From Lepidodermella squamata (taxonomy: Eukaryota; Animalia; Gastrotricha): a stretch of 64,000 nucleotides of DNA. The DNA is taken from positions 4,092,001 through 4,156,000 of the forward strand of contig JBLDXI010000003.1 of NCBI GenBank assembly GCA_047495785.1, in the 5' to 3' direction. The notes under the pieces are model-generated. The model was given only the letters and a program-made list of their open reading frames with translations. It ran no database searches and was not told the DNA's origin. Below, piece by piece: positions 47,601 to 60,432 of this stretch. Within the stretch, counting starts at the first letter, position 1. Each line of letters opens with the position of its first letter. The translations under genes and the position numbers were made by a program.

Positions 47601-48956
47601 GCGTTATAGCACGAAGGCGGTAGTAGACAATCGTTTAATGAAGGCGACGGCGGTCGAACAGCGGCACATTATTAAAGCGATTTAGTTTTTTTTCGATTAA
47701 AACAATGTGTGGCCGCCTCCTACCACCAAAATGCGCATATCAATCGGCTGTGAACTAAACGCGCGTTTGTTCGACTACTGCTGCTGCTACTTAAATATGC
47801 AATCATAATTTGCTAGCATAACCGCACGCGCAGGTGAAAAAACCGCGTTGCCGAGCTCGAGCGCGACAAAAAAATCAATCAAACCGGATGAGCGAGTAGG
47901 AGGCCGCGAACAAATCGATATGCCAGGTGATTACAAAAACGGCGGATATAGCCCAAGGCAGAGACGATCGGGTGAGAATAAAGCTTAGTCGGCCTAAACA
48001 ACCCGGGGCAGTAGACAGTCTGCTTTTCGCAGCATGTGACATCTACTGAATGGCGCGCGCCAAGGCAATTTAGTAATAAATATGCACTTGAGGCTTGTTT
48101 GTTTATGTTAATGGCAAAGTCGAGTGTAAAAAAATCAGAGCGTACCTATCCGGGCTTTCACCGCGCTGGGGTGATGCGTCTTGTGACTGGTGTCGCGGCA
48201 GCACCGGAGTCGCAGCGGACGATGGGACGTCTACAGCCGAACGGGACCTCGTCAATTTGTGCGAGCCTGTTGTAAACAAGTGTACAGAAGTCAAGAGCAA
48301 AGTCAATACACCAATTAATTACGCCTCGCGCTCGTCGCGGTTGAATCGTCGAAATAAACACGCCAGTCGTCGGCGTGAGAAATTTCAGAATAGCGGCTCA
48401 GGGCAAGACTGGTGCACAATTCCGGGTAGATGTTGCTCTCTTCAAGATAATTCTGCTCGAGTTCTTCGCCATTTTTTGTACTCGAGTGCGCGGCGCACTG
48501 ATATTCTTTCAAGTCGTCGTCACAGTCCGGGCTTTCTTCAAAAGTTAATTCCGACACATACCGGGCCAAGTGGTCAAAAACTAGCTGGGAATTAGCGATG
48601 ACCGAATTGCACGCCTCGCATTTCGAGTGGACCATTTCAGCCGTCAGAGTTTTGAAGTAGCTCCGTTGAATTTCCGCTAGGTGCAAAGAAGCCGTTTCGA
48701 TCGATTTTTCCGAGGGTGTGGACAGTAACTTGAACGTCGTCGCGATTTTCCCCGCCAGGTTCGGCAGTCGGCAGTACAAGTGGTCTCGAAGATGTAAAAA
48801 AGACTTCTCGCTGATTTGCCGCGAGTTTGACCCATTTACTTCGCACACCGCGACGGCTATGCATTTTTCTAGCCGCAAGCAGCAATTTATGTTTTCCGCA
48901 TCTAACGCTGACAAATCGTTGATGGCTTCGTTAATATTTATCAACGATTCATCCAT
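32643..48956 (-). CDS. Large multi-exon coiled-coil protein with C-terminal PACT domain (pericentrin/AKAP9/PLP-like centrosomal scaffold)
   Basis: PACT motif KYVRAEGHRKALVYQKRYLMLVIGDF...FRAAAASIVFMHR near 33170-33475. The minus-strand coiled-coil ORFs from 47113 to 33166 are flanked by splice signals, and the junctions I checked join in frame. The likely first exon starts at ATG 48956, then 48267-48147 and ~47418-47201. The exact exon set is uncertain. Confidence 0.85.
36469..36655. mobile_element. MITE-like element (~187 bp) in an intron of the PACT gene
   Basis: Imperfect ~25-bp terminal inverted repeats: tacgtatttggtctaatagtagccc (36469-36493) vs gggctgctacaggaacaaatacggta (36630-36655). 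TA at both ends, typical of Tc1/mariner/pogo-type MITEs. Confidence 0.65.
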
Positions 48957-49869
48957 TTTAAGAAATCAAAACAAAGGTATACATCTAAAAGAAGAAATTT
49001 TAAATCGTGTGTATGATCACAGTGCAGTCATTCAATAAAACTGAAGTTTATAATTCCCGAGAAAGGCGCAATGTGATGAATTCAAAGGTGGTATCCGCTA
49101 ATCCGGATTAAGTGTGCGGCGCACGAGTCGCGCAAGCAATCACAATCACAATGAATTCAGGTTAGGCAATACATTGTTGCGCGCAACTTAAAGGCCCGTT
49201 GGGTTTTGCTCTAGCCTCGCCCAAGACGAAAGTCTTCCAATCAATTGTCAACATAGTATGATCGCCAAGTTTTTCAACGATAAGCTACAAAGTAACTTAA
49301 CGCCCGAATCTAAATCCATTACATAGCTAATTTCCGTTGCTCGAGATAGCGATCAAACGTTAAGGGTTTCACGAGAACCGCTCAAACACGATGGGTCCCT
49401 AAATTTAACTAGCTATACCCTGACATTAATTTTAGGCTGACTTTACTCTCGGGCAGTACGGTATACCCATTTCAAACTTTGAAAACTATAAAGTTGTAGA
49501 AACAAGGTCGTCATCAGGCGACGATCCATACCACAAAATATGTCTTTCATTGTGCAGCTGGAAAAAAATTACATGCTCGACGCTCGACATATGTAAAGTG
49601 TAAAGTAACCCCAAGGTCGCGGCAAATGAATTGCTATAAGCTATAAGAAACAAGCGAGATCAGCTAAAATGACTCAAGAATATAAAAGTCATCGGGTTTA
49701 GGTGATCCAAAATCCAAATAAAATTATATAAAATATTCTTGCAATAATAGACGACATTGAGGCAAAAGGCAATAAAACAATTAGTTTCTCGTTTCCTAAA
49801 AAAAGCTATAACAAGTAATGATTTCGAAGTTCATACGCAAGCAGTTGCCAAAAATGAGACTTGGAAGAA

Positions 49870-50300
49870 TGCTGTTCACAATCGCCTCGCATGACAGCTC
49901 GAAGCATAAAGACTTACTTGAAGATTGAAGAATTAAATATTGAAGTTACTTCATTGAAATACCGGCAAGTGGCATCTTGCTAACAAGTCATTGGAGGGTC
50001 GAATTCCTCCATTAATTTGTTTTACGGTAAGGGACAAGGAAAGGGGTGGGTTGAAAGAATTCAGTAAATCAAAGCGAAGAGCGAAGTAACCAGACTTCCG
50101 GTTTCATGCGGACAAAGCATCGCGTGCCATCAAACAAGGAGCCATCAAGGCGATCTCAAGCCATGGCTCTTGAACTAAGCCGACTCTCATCGACATATAA
50201 TCAAAGAAAACGTTGAATGTTGCCGACTTTTGTGACAAACGTATAAAATAGATACATTTTCCTATGACATATTTGGTCCACGCGGACACCAGAGTCGCTG
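49870..50300 (-). mobile_element. Degenerate non-LTR retrotransposon endonuclease fragment
   Basis: ORF 50104-50487 contains ...SQKSAT...VGLVQEPWL, resembling the (I/L)QEPW motif of APE-type LINE endonucleases. A GDCEQHS remnant (cf. GDFNAHS) lies near 49870-49890. The rest is disrupted. Confidence 0.35.
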
Positions 50301-51187
50301 CAGGTACTCGGCTTTGTAGTAAGAGGTTGAGCTTGTCACCTTCCGTTTGAATGGGTCGGTCTGAATCCAAGCCGTATTGCGTAGTACCTAGATTGCCTTG
50401 ATAGCCGATTGCCTTGAGGTGTTGAGACTTGAGGCCCTGCCCCCGCGATGTCTGAGTCCGTGATTCCACCTTGGTTTCATGATTCAAATTTCGCGCGTTG
50501 TCTCAGCGGCTCTCACGTTTATTAATATGGCGTCTTGTAATTTTGCATCAATTAATTTTTTTGTTTTTAATTTATCAGCATGGGTTTGGAAATAATTTTT
50601 TGACCCTTTGAGGGGTCCCTTTGCAAACGAAGCGCGGGCCTTTGAAGGGTCTTCGAAATCTAAATATGTTCGTCCTTTACGACCAACCACCATCTAGGTG
50701 TCAGCTGATTCACTCTGAATGCAATCGCATCGTTGCCCTTTACGCTTACTGTTCTTTAGTTTTATATGAGATTTTTTTCAGATTGTTGCTATTTTTGTCC
50801 TGTACGTTTGCCTCTTGCGTTCCTCAGTACTTCACACTTTCCCTCAGTTTGTGAAAGCATCTATCAACTTAATGCACTTGAGAGAAATGCTTCATTCGAG
50901 CCTTAAATGCGCCCAAAGTGGAGCTGAAGTTTCCATTTTAGAATACCTGAATGGAAATGATAAACTTTCCTGCTTACTATGTTACTGGTTGCTAGTCTCT
51001 TGTTGCTGTGAGTGCACTTTCACCACTAAACAGAACACATAAATGTACAATATTATAGGTGTTTTATGCGGTTTTAAAGACTAATGACTCATTTCTGACT
51101 TGGATAGTCTATAAACGTTGTTTGAAGGATTGAGGGTGGGAAGTTTTACGATATATCTTCCTTCTGTTTTAGCCATTTTGATATAAT

Positions 51188-53026
51188 ATGATACGGCGAG
51201 ATTTATCTTTTCCCGGAAAATCAGACCAAGCTGGCAATCAGTCATCCGTTCCATCTTCATCGACGCCAATCACTATTTTGAGACCTGTTACCGTGCTTCC
51301 AAGCGGAACAGGAACTTCCAATAATAATGGATCTCCAGTCGTCTTTTTACTAGCTTCGCCAAATAACATTCGCGTGAGCAATCCAAATACTCCTAACAGC
51401 AATGGTGCTCCGCAAAATGGTCCCCGAGTGTTGCTGTTACATATGCCTCAGAAGAGCGGGCAACCTGGCGGTGTCGCGCCAAGCTCTGCTCCTCAGCCTA
51501 CTAAAATTGTCACGGTCTGTTATTTGTAATCAAAGAATCTTCATTTGGTGACATTTCTTTTACGTAGATCTCCCCCGCTGGCCCAAACAACCTTCCCATG
51601 AAACGGCCTATGGTTGTTCATCAAGCTTCGACTCCAAGCGGACCGATTTCTGTTAATTTAGCCCGACATGACGATTCGGGTCCACCGGTGAAGAGATTTT
51701 CTCTCACCAGTTCGTTGGGCTCACTTGTGCGGCCGATGGCTGTTCAATCGATGTCGATGACATCATCTACATCGCATCAAGTCAGATTCTCTTTTATCGT
51801 TAGCATTATGCTGTGATATAAGAATTTATTATTGTTTTCAGGCGCAATATGCTGCTAGCCCAAATGTACCCTCCATAAAACTTATACCTGCTGGATCAGC
51901 GGCTGCTACTCCTGTAAATGCCAAACCTGCTAATCTTATTAGGCTCGAGCAAGCTCGATCAGCTGTACGAGCTGCCGCAGAATCTCAAATGTCGCCAGCC
52001 CAAGCCACAACTTCTCGACCATCACCAGCTTTACAGCAGCAACAACATCATCATCACCAGCAGCAGCCTTCTCATCCCTCCACACCCTCCTCTGTACATT
52101 CTACTCCTGCTTCGAAAAAAGTCCCGGAAGGTATGCTAATAGCTTCAATTTTTCTGGCGTAAATTAACTGGTTTTTTTCAACCAGTGAAAATGCCTTCTG
52201 CCATCGAGCAAGGCATGAACAGGTGCATAACTCACGACCGAGGCGTCGTTTCATCTCAAAGAGTACCTGGCGTTCGAATCCCGACGTGGTCGAAAATGTC
52301 CGAAGCTGTTTTAGCGCTTATTCCATTTCATGTTTACAACACCGCCGAGCCTCCTCTTGTTGATCTTCTCGAGCACGATTTGTCTTATGCGGCGAGGTGC
52401 CAGAGGCTTTTATCGCGGAAGGATAGATTACATAAACGCATTTCAAGGGTAACGTGCGAAAAACAATCATAGTATCTGAGTCTACATTTCTTGTTATTTT
52501 CTAGATAATTTATGACGATGCTTCATCCAGAGACAAACTAGAAAGCTTGCTCATCGATAGATTATTTGTTGAGAGCTTGCAGCAACCAGACGAGGATCCT
52601 CTCGAGGAGGAGGAACCGCAAGAAGAGGAGGATACCAGTTATGAAGTTACTGCTGATGTTGCTCAAAGCATCGATGAACCACCTCAAGTGACCTCTATAT
52701 ACGCCCCGAAAGAAACTCCAAGGCTCGTTATAAAATTAGGCTCTCGAACGGTCACGACAGCGGATACAAATCGGCATGCCGATTACTCTCATTCGGATTA
52801 TAGCAATAGTTATAAAGACGAAGAAGTCGACGACTTGCCACTGCCAGGAACTTCGTCGAAATCATTACGGGACGATTCTTCACCATTGTTTTGGAACTCG
52901 AATTCCGTTAATAACGACACGGCCTCACCTTCGATCTTTCTTCCGCAACACATGATGGCGGATGAAAGTGCTGCGGGCGGAGACAATCTTAGCGAGGCCG
53001 ATTTGGCTGTTCAAAGTATTTTGTAA
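51188..53026 (+). CDS. GLTSCR1-domain protein (BICRA/BICRAL-like, ncBAF subunit); start codon uncertain
   Basis: Low-complexity P/S/Q exons are followed by TWSKMSEAVLALIPFHVY...LLSRKDRLHKRISR|IIYDDASS...LLIDRLFVE, matching the GLTSCR1 pattern F.S..DA...LLPYHVY...LL.R...M..K...MIDRMF. Introns ~51515-51568, 51781-51841, 52131-52185, ~52449-52504. Confidence 0.7.
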
Positions 53027-53544
53027 TGAAATAGCGTTAATTTTTGTTTTTGTTCAATTTACCTTCTAAATTCGCTGCTATGCGTGCTCTGTTTAGGAAT
53101 GTTTTTGCATATACACATTGCGATGAAGACAGCATTTGTGACTCGGTCTTTCACTACGATAGTTTAGCATTTTTGAAAAGATTGCATATGAAAATAATTT
53201 GAACATATGTTTGAAATGGCAACTGTAAATGATGGACTAACAGCCTTATATTTATATATAAATTTTCGATGAAGAGGCGTTTGATGGCTTGCTTACTGTT
53301 TGTTTCTGCCGACGGTTTTCCGATGATGCAACCCATCTGCATTGCAATTTTTTTTGCTATCACACGCGATTGTCCAAGTCGGTTCTTACATGTCTTCAAC
53401 AACTATGGTTATATAGTATCTATATATTCGAGATATTTGAGGTAAAATTGACTGAAAATAAAGGATAAACAAATTTTACAAGTAATAAATTGATATTATT
53501 TGTATTTCAACTAATTATTTAGCCTTGAATATTTTATTTATGAG

Positions 53545-54314
53545 ATGTACACGCTGCTATCTGGATTATGGCAGTACATGTTCGAGAAAGATTCTTACAC
53601 GATTTTGATTCTCGGGCTGGACAATGCTGGAAAAACCGTATTTTCTCGAACGTTTTTTTTGGTCTGAGTGTTTAATTAACGAAATTTTCAGACTTTTCTC
53701 GAACATTCGCAAGCGAAAGTGAAACAAGGCGCTAATGCTGTGATCAATCTGAACCGTATCACTTCGACAGTGGGCTTGAACGTTGGATCTGTCGATCTTC
53801 TCGGTGTTATGCTCAATTTCTGCGATCTTGGTGGTCAAGAGGAGCTGCAATTATTATGGGACAAATACTATTCAGAAAGTCATGGTATAATCTACGTAGT
53901 CGATTGTGCTGACAAGCAACGGATCTCTGAATCTAAAATAGCCTTTGGTATAAGTTGATCATTCGCATTTTCAGACAGAGTTTTCACATCCGAATTGTAG
54001 ATAAAATGATAAGCAGTTCTTTAGTGACTGGTTTACCGCTTTTGATTGTTGCCAACAAACAAGATGTCGAAGGCTGCTTAACCGTGAACGATATTCGCGA
54101 TGAATTTCATATGTTTGGTAGCAAAATCGGCGAACGAGATTGTCACATTATGCCTGCCTCGGCTCTTCGCGGGTAATGCAGTGAGCTAATTATAAATCAT
54201 TTTTTATTCATAATATTTTCCAGAGATAATTTGGTTGAAGGCTTAAAATGGATGGCTGAGAGGGTAAAGCGAAATGCTATTTGGCGTCAACCTAACAGAC
54301 CTGGGTCAAATTGA
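53545..54314 (+). CDS. ARFRP1: ADP-ribosylation factor-related protein 1 (Arf-like GTPase)
   Basis: Diagnostic N-terminus MYTLLSGLWQYMF, P-loop GLDNAGKT|T, TVGLNVG, DLGGQEELQLLWDKYY, ANKQD and SAL. Introns 53638-53691, 53948-54000, 54173-54223. Confidence 0.93.
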
Positions 54315-54446
54315 GAATCTTAGAAAAATTAACACATCCAAGCTATTGTATTCAACTGGTGGCTGTTATTTTTTACTTTTGTGACTAAAATTGATTGGGG
54401 CTTGAATTTTTCTTATTTTTTAGACTGTTATAACTTATCGGTTGTA

Positions 54447-56456
54447 ATGGTTTTCTTTTCCACAGTCCTTCGGGTTTGTGATTTGATTTTCAAATTTTTC
54501 GAGTGATTATATCGATTTTTTCAGTCCATAACGTCAAATGGGCGAAATTCTTGTAGAAACTTTGTTGTGCGAAGCGCCCGCCGTAATATCTCAGCTTCCA
54601 AAGTATGCTCACAGTTGCCGTCGAGCACTGCCAGTCTTCCTACTGCCGCAAAGCGGATGAATGATAGATATACCCGATCTTTTGTTGTGCAAGGTCTTCG
54701 GGGGCTGTCCTCTGAAGCCACCGGAACCGTCCAGTTCAACCTATCTGATATCGGCGAAGGTATTCGTGAAGTTGAAATCAAAGAGTGGTTCGTCAAAGTC
54801 GGACAACGCGTCGCTCAGTTCGACTCGATTTGCGAGGTTCAAAGCGATAAGGCGGCCGTCACGATCACCAGTCGCTATGACGGTGTTATTAAGAAGCTGT
54901 ACTACGAAGCCGGCGATAAAGCATTCGTAGGAAAACCTCTTGTTGACATCGAACTTGCCGCCGGTTCAGGTATAATTTCCGTAATTTTTTAATTTAGCTC
55001 CAAATTTTGAGTGAATTGAGTCTATTTCATCTAGTGGTCATAATAGTTGGGGAAATAATGCATTTTTTTCGTGGATTTTTATCGTTTATTGAAAGCAGGA
55101 CTTCAGTTTTATTCGATCAAATCCAATAGTGACCTCATTTTCCTATTTAAAATTTGGATTCTGGATTTGAAATATTTTGATCGAGGTCTAGTTGAGTTTC
55201 ATATCGGGAATGGCACCTCAAAATGAAAATCAGTTTCTCAAAATAAAATTAGGAAAAATGTTGGAATTGTTTAAAATTGTTTTACCTTTGAAATTCAGCA
55301 ACTTTGTGATGAGATGTGTTTTTCATTTTAATCAGAGCATCCTGAAAGCGCCCCGGTGGAACATATTTCTCAAGGTGACTCGAAAGCAGTCGCGCAACCA
55401 CCTGCCGCTCAAAAAAGCGACGCAAAACAGCCAGCAGTTGCTCAGTCTGGCGGCGAAGACCACGGCAATGTCCTGGCGACCCCTGCCGTTCGTCGCCTCG
55501 CTCGCGAGAAAAACGTCAACCTCAGCCTGGTGAAGGGCACCGGTCGGGAGGGTCGCATTCTTAAGGAGGACATTTTAACCTTCATAAGCGGTGCCCAGCC
55601 CTCTGCACCGGCGCAACGTGCAGTTGGCCCACCCGCTGCCGGCCAGACTTCAATGCCTCAAGCCGACCCGACTATCATCCACACAAAACCTGTGGCTGTT
55701 GTACCGGGTGACCGAACTGAGCCACTGAAGGGTATTCAGAAGGCCATGTTCCGCGTGATGACCAATTCACTCGCGATTCCTCATTTCGGCTATCGCGACG
55801 AGTGCGACGTTTCCGACCTGGTCGCCATGCGCAAGAAGCTGGCAGCTCACGCGCATAATAAATCGGAGAAAAACCGCGCGAAAGTTACTTTCATGCCGTT
55901 TTTCATTAAGGCGGCTTCTCTAGCCCTGCATAAATTCCCGATTCTAAATGCCGCTCTCGATACTTCCGGACCGGAGCCGAAAATCATTTACCGATCTTCC
56001 CACAATTTTGGTGTTGCTATGGATACGCCCGATGGTCTCTTAGTCCCGGTTATTAAGAACGTGGAGACACTTAGCGTGTTCGAACTTGCCGCCGAGTTGA
56101 ATCGACTTCAATTAGCCGGCGCTGTAGGCAAACTGACCCCGGCTGATTTGACCGGCGCAACGTTCACCCTATCAAATATTGGAGCGATCGGCGGGACCTA
56201 TGCCAGCCCAGTTTTGACCCCGCCTCAGGTGTGCATCGGCGCGATTGGTAAGATTCAACGCGTGCCGAGGGTTGTGACGGTCCAAGACCCGAACGACTCG
56301 TCTCGCGAGATTGAAACCATTAAACCGGCGAGTATCATTTGCCTGTCGTGGTCGGCTGATCACCGAATTATCGACGGTGCCTCTGTCGCCCGCTTTTCGA
56401 ACGCGTTCAAGGCCTACATCGAGCAGCCGGCCTTCATGATGCTCGACATGAAATGA
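54447..56456 (+). CDS. DBT: Dihydrolipoamide branched-chain transacylase E2 (BCKDH E2), mitochondrial
   Basis: Arg/Ser-rich transit peptide, lipoyl domain [13 protein letters not shown]...CEVQSDKA, E3-binding [12 protein letters not shown], catalytic [11 protein letters not shown]. Exons 54447-54473, 54525-54969, 55336-56456. Confidence 0.95.
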
Positions 56457-56688
56457 GACTGAAAAGTTGAATTCTCAGAATTGGAAAACTATATTAATGT
56501 TTATAGAGCTGCCTGTCGGACTACGATACCGTGTGATATGAGGATCTGGTTTGTGCTAAAAAAAAGAAATCTGGTATAGTCTCCCCGAAAGCAATTGTTT
56601 TGTTTCTCGTAACCATTGAATATCGTAATATAAAAACTATTTGAGGAAGAATAAAATCTGAAATTAAATTTGTTTAGAGGAGGTTAAT

Positions 56689-59600
56689 ATGGATTTTGAG
56701 AACCGTCCTTCGACCCTAAGCCTGGGTCTGAATCCTGGGATGAAGGTGAAAATGGACCCGGGTCTAACGAAATCGTCGATTTGGTTGCAGATGTACGACG
56801 AACCGCCGGCGGAAGAGCTGTCCCTCGAACAAGTTATTGATTTATCGCTGAAGCGGTTGCGCGGCCTTCGTATCATAGAATCGGCCGGACTGTTGCGATC
56901 CAGAGGCTCGGCAGAATACACCAAATTACTCGAGAAAGAGCTTAACACGGATGATTTTATTAAATGTTGGACTAAACAGGTGAAATAGCGAACTAGTTTT
57001 TGAAATTTTCATTCGCTGTTTTATTTAATTGTTCAGACCGCTATAGGTAGCGTTAACAGTGGCGTGGATGAAGAGTTTCGCCGCCATGATATCATTTCTC
57101 ATTTCCTTATGCGACTGGCCTATTCGAAAACGTTAGTTTTGTTTGAATCAAAAATGTTCAATATTTTAAATATTGGAATCTTGGAACTTACTAGACCATT
57201 GCGTAAGCAAATAAACTTCAGAAATTGCCCACTAATTCTCAGCCAAACAAGGTTTAAATAGCAAAAAAATCAGGTAAAAATGGAAAAATTTCGATATTTG
57301 CAGGAAAAGTTTTCGATTCTTCTTTGAGGATTTTTGAGCGAAAGCTGTTCTTTATTCTTTGCTTTGTCCACCTTAAGTTACCATTACGTATTTTTTGTGT
57401 TCCGCTTTAGGGAGGATTTGCGGCGTTGGTTCTTGCAACAAGAGGTCGACTTGTTCAAATTTCGCTTTGCCCGTGAAACGCCGGCAGTTCGCGAGGCTTT
57501 TCTCGCGCTAAACAATCTGTCCTGGGAACAGCTATCCGAAATTGAACGTCGCGAATGGGCTCTGGAATTGGCCGACGCTATCGCCTCGACCACAAATTTT
57601 TCGAAGCGAATCACCGAATTTTCGCCGGAAGCGATTCGCGAGGGCCGCCACGTGTTCTACAAAGTGCCGTGGCACGAAGTTGCCGATCTAGTCCGGTCGC
57701 GTTCTGTCCTCCTTAAACGCGGCTGTGCGATCGTGCCATCCGAGGATGTTATCTCCCTCGCCGCCGCTCGTTTTCGATCTCACCTAGCCGAGGCGTTGGC
57801 CACAATCGCGCGAAGAATGCCGGCGCTTGAGGCGGAAGAACGCGGCCGGTTGTTGCCGATTCTCGAGCAGTTGTACAGCGTCAACACGCCGACGGCAGCG
57901 TCGCAAGCCGCTGCGGCTGCGAGCGGCTCGGAGGATACGCAGCACCCGTTGAAAACCAGCGCTGATGTAGACAAGTACGCGAGCTCGTATTCGCCCTGCA
58001 TGCGGCACATGTACTCGCAAATGAAGCAGCGCCATCACTTGAAGCACGCCGCTCGTCTGCAGTTCGGTCGGTTCTTGAAGGGCGCCGGGCTGCCGCTCGA
58101 CCAGGCTCTTCACTTCTGGCGGACCGAGTTTTGCCGCGACCCGGCCATGACTGTGGACCGATTCGATCGCAACTACGCGTATTCGATTCGCCATTACTAC
58201 GGTAAAGAGGGTCGCATGACGGAATACGGGCCGTTTTCGTGTGTTCGAATCATCACTGAGACTGGCCCGTCCGGCCAGGGCGAGGCCCACGGCTGCCCTT
58301 TCCGCCACTGGGATGCCCCGGCTCTACGGCTGGCTCTTCGCAACGATTGGGGCCTGAGCAGCGAAGCGGTATGTTAATCTATTTTGGCCCTGGAAGCCAT
58401 TTAAAACATTTTCATTACTTATGAATTCCCAAATTTGCTTGACTCCAAGGATTGAGAAAATTCATTCATGTGGATAGCAAACGTCCAGCTCACCTGATTC
58501 CACACCAGCTCATGTTGGATCTTCTTGAGCTCTTGCAATAATTGAGGATCACCAAGGGGATGCAGGGTCAGACGGACCTGATCTCTAAGTAACCTGCCCT
58601 CATACCTTGGGGACCTTGGATCCCCATAGCGACTATATTTGGAATGATGGGCCAAAACGCCAAGCTAAAGTAAAGCAGAGCAAAAGTATAGCAGAGCAAA
58701 GGTATAGCAGACCTCTAGGTAACACTGCTAGGTAGTCTTTTTGCTTTTTTCGCTTGATTGTCATCTTCAATCTTATTCGCTGTCTTCTCTAACGAGTCGC
58801 ACTTCCGGCAGAGCAAGCGTTCGTCTTTCTTAGGTAAAACTTTCAGTAGCTCGCAAGATTGGTGAAACAAAGTTGGGCAACCATCGCAGCTTACCATCGC
58901 CTTCTCCATGGTTGTATTGAACGCAAGCTGCGGTGGGTCGATTGCGTGGTGTTCGAAGAACATAACATAACATAACATTTTTCTTTATTTGTCAGCACTG
59001 ATGAAATTTTCAGTGTTCGAAGTTGTTCGAAGAAGCAACGGTCAATGGCCCTCTCAGTTTGAAGACGGCAGGGTACTAGCCAGTGTGAACTTGAAATTTC
59101 ACTCTTCGATCGCAGCGTTTCGCTAACTTTCATGTCCACAAGCTTGACTAAGCCAACGTTTCCATAAATAATGCCTAAAATAGGGTAAAGTGAAACAATA
59201 TAAATATGAAAAAATATCTCATCGTTCCTCTCCTAAACTCTTTACCCTTCGGGTCCCACGCCATCTCACGCGGCTTGTTGTAGAGTTGGGGATTCTTCAC
59301 TTCTTCGGCTTGTCGTTCCTTGGCTTCGACCAACAAGGTTAACCTATAACTATTAATATCCAGCCAGTAGGCATATGGAATGATATCGTCCAATTTTGAC
59401 GATTTTGTACCATGGAGACGAAGATGAGTCTTCGCCATATCTACCACAAGGTCTTCGATGTCCATAGTAAGAATCCACATGCAACATCGGTTTTCAAAGG
59501 AAAAACGGTAGTCTGCAGGAAGCGCGTCGGCTCCCTGTTTCCTGTTTTCCGAAACAGTTCGGAATTATTCTAATGTCGTTATCAGTGTCGTTATGACAAA

Positions 59601-59976
59601 GACTGTTGGTCAGTGAAAATTGAAGTGTCTTCAATAAACTAACCAACTATCAGTTTACAGGAATTTTTCGGCCAGTTGGGGAAAGACCATTTTTGTGAAA
59701 ATTCCACTCGATTGTATAGGATATCATCTGACTGCTCTCACAAGTAGCACAATTATTCATACAAAAATTGATGCATTTTCCTATTATTTCATACCATAGG
59801 ATATCCAGCGAGTGATGGACGCAGTTGGTCGAGGTGCCTACCAGTTGGCTTGCGGCCAGTTGCTCGCCCTCAATTCGCGTCGCCCCGGTCAGCAGAACGC
59901 CAACATCGACCCTGTAGTCGTGCAGAGTCCGAACCAATATTTAAGCGAGGCCCTAGCCCGTGCCAAAATCGAATGA
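56689..59976 (+). CDS. PRIM2: DNA primase large subunit (~506 aa)
   Basis: LQMYDEPP, D.ISHFLMRLAY, EDLRRWF.QE.DLF, and four 4Fe-4S Cys motifs (SPCMRH, SCVRII, HGCPFRH, YQLAC) plus SPNQY. Exons 56689-56979, 57037-57131, 57411-58368, 59800-59976. Confidence 0.93.
58715..59520 (-). pseudogene. Antisense PHD-finger-containing pseudogene/transposon relic nested in the last PRIM2 intron
   Basis: MVSCDGCPTLFHQSC...LLCRKC is the C-terminal part of a PHD finger. The upstream frame is broken at a (CATAA)3 repeat at 58961-58975. Confidence 0.55.
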
Positions 59977-60432
59977 ACACTGCCCATTGATCTTCCTCGA
60001 ATCTCACATGGCTCAAGCTGCTGCATGATATCATCTTCTTTCGATTTTATTGTCATCTCAATTCTTTCCATTTCATTGCTTAAATTCACTGTCAATAAAG
60101 CCAATATCAGTCCTGGATTTTTCTGGTTTTTTTCTGTCATTTTTTTCAAGTTTACATGAGCGAGAAATCACGAATAAATTTTGGCGGTTCCGTAGAATGG
60201 CGCTGACTTGTTGTTATTTACACGCAATTAAGTGTAAACGAGAAAAATGTGAAGTGCGCGATGACCTGTAACATGGAGATCGCTGCTAAAACGTGAGCTG
60301 ATGGCGTTGTATTCATTTCGCTCGAGTACATTACCTGCTGTCACGGGCGAGAGCAGGCTTAACGGCGCCCTCATCTAAAAAAGCGACAAGGAACTTGAGG
60401 CTCGCGTGCATCATTATCATTTTTTCATCACC

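Noticed and set aside
36234-48956. Multiple independent coiled-coil genes
   Set aside because: The ORFs are bounded by splice signals and the junctions checked join in frame into one PACT-ending gene; the ORF-track starts are mostly internal or non-ATG.
49337-49351. X-box upstream of the PACT gene (GTTGCTCGAGATAG)
   Set aside because: A single imperfect match that is expected by chance.
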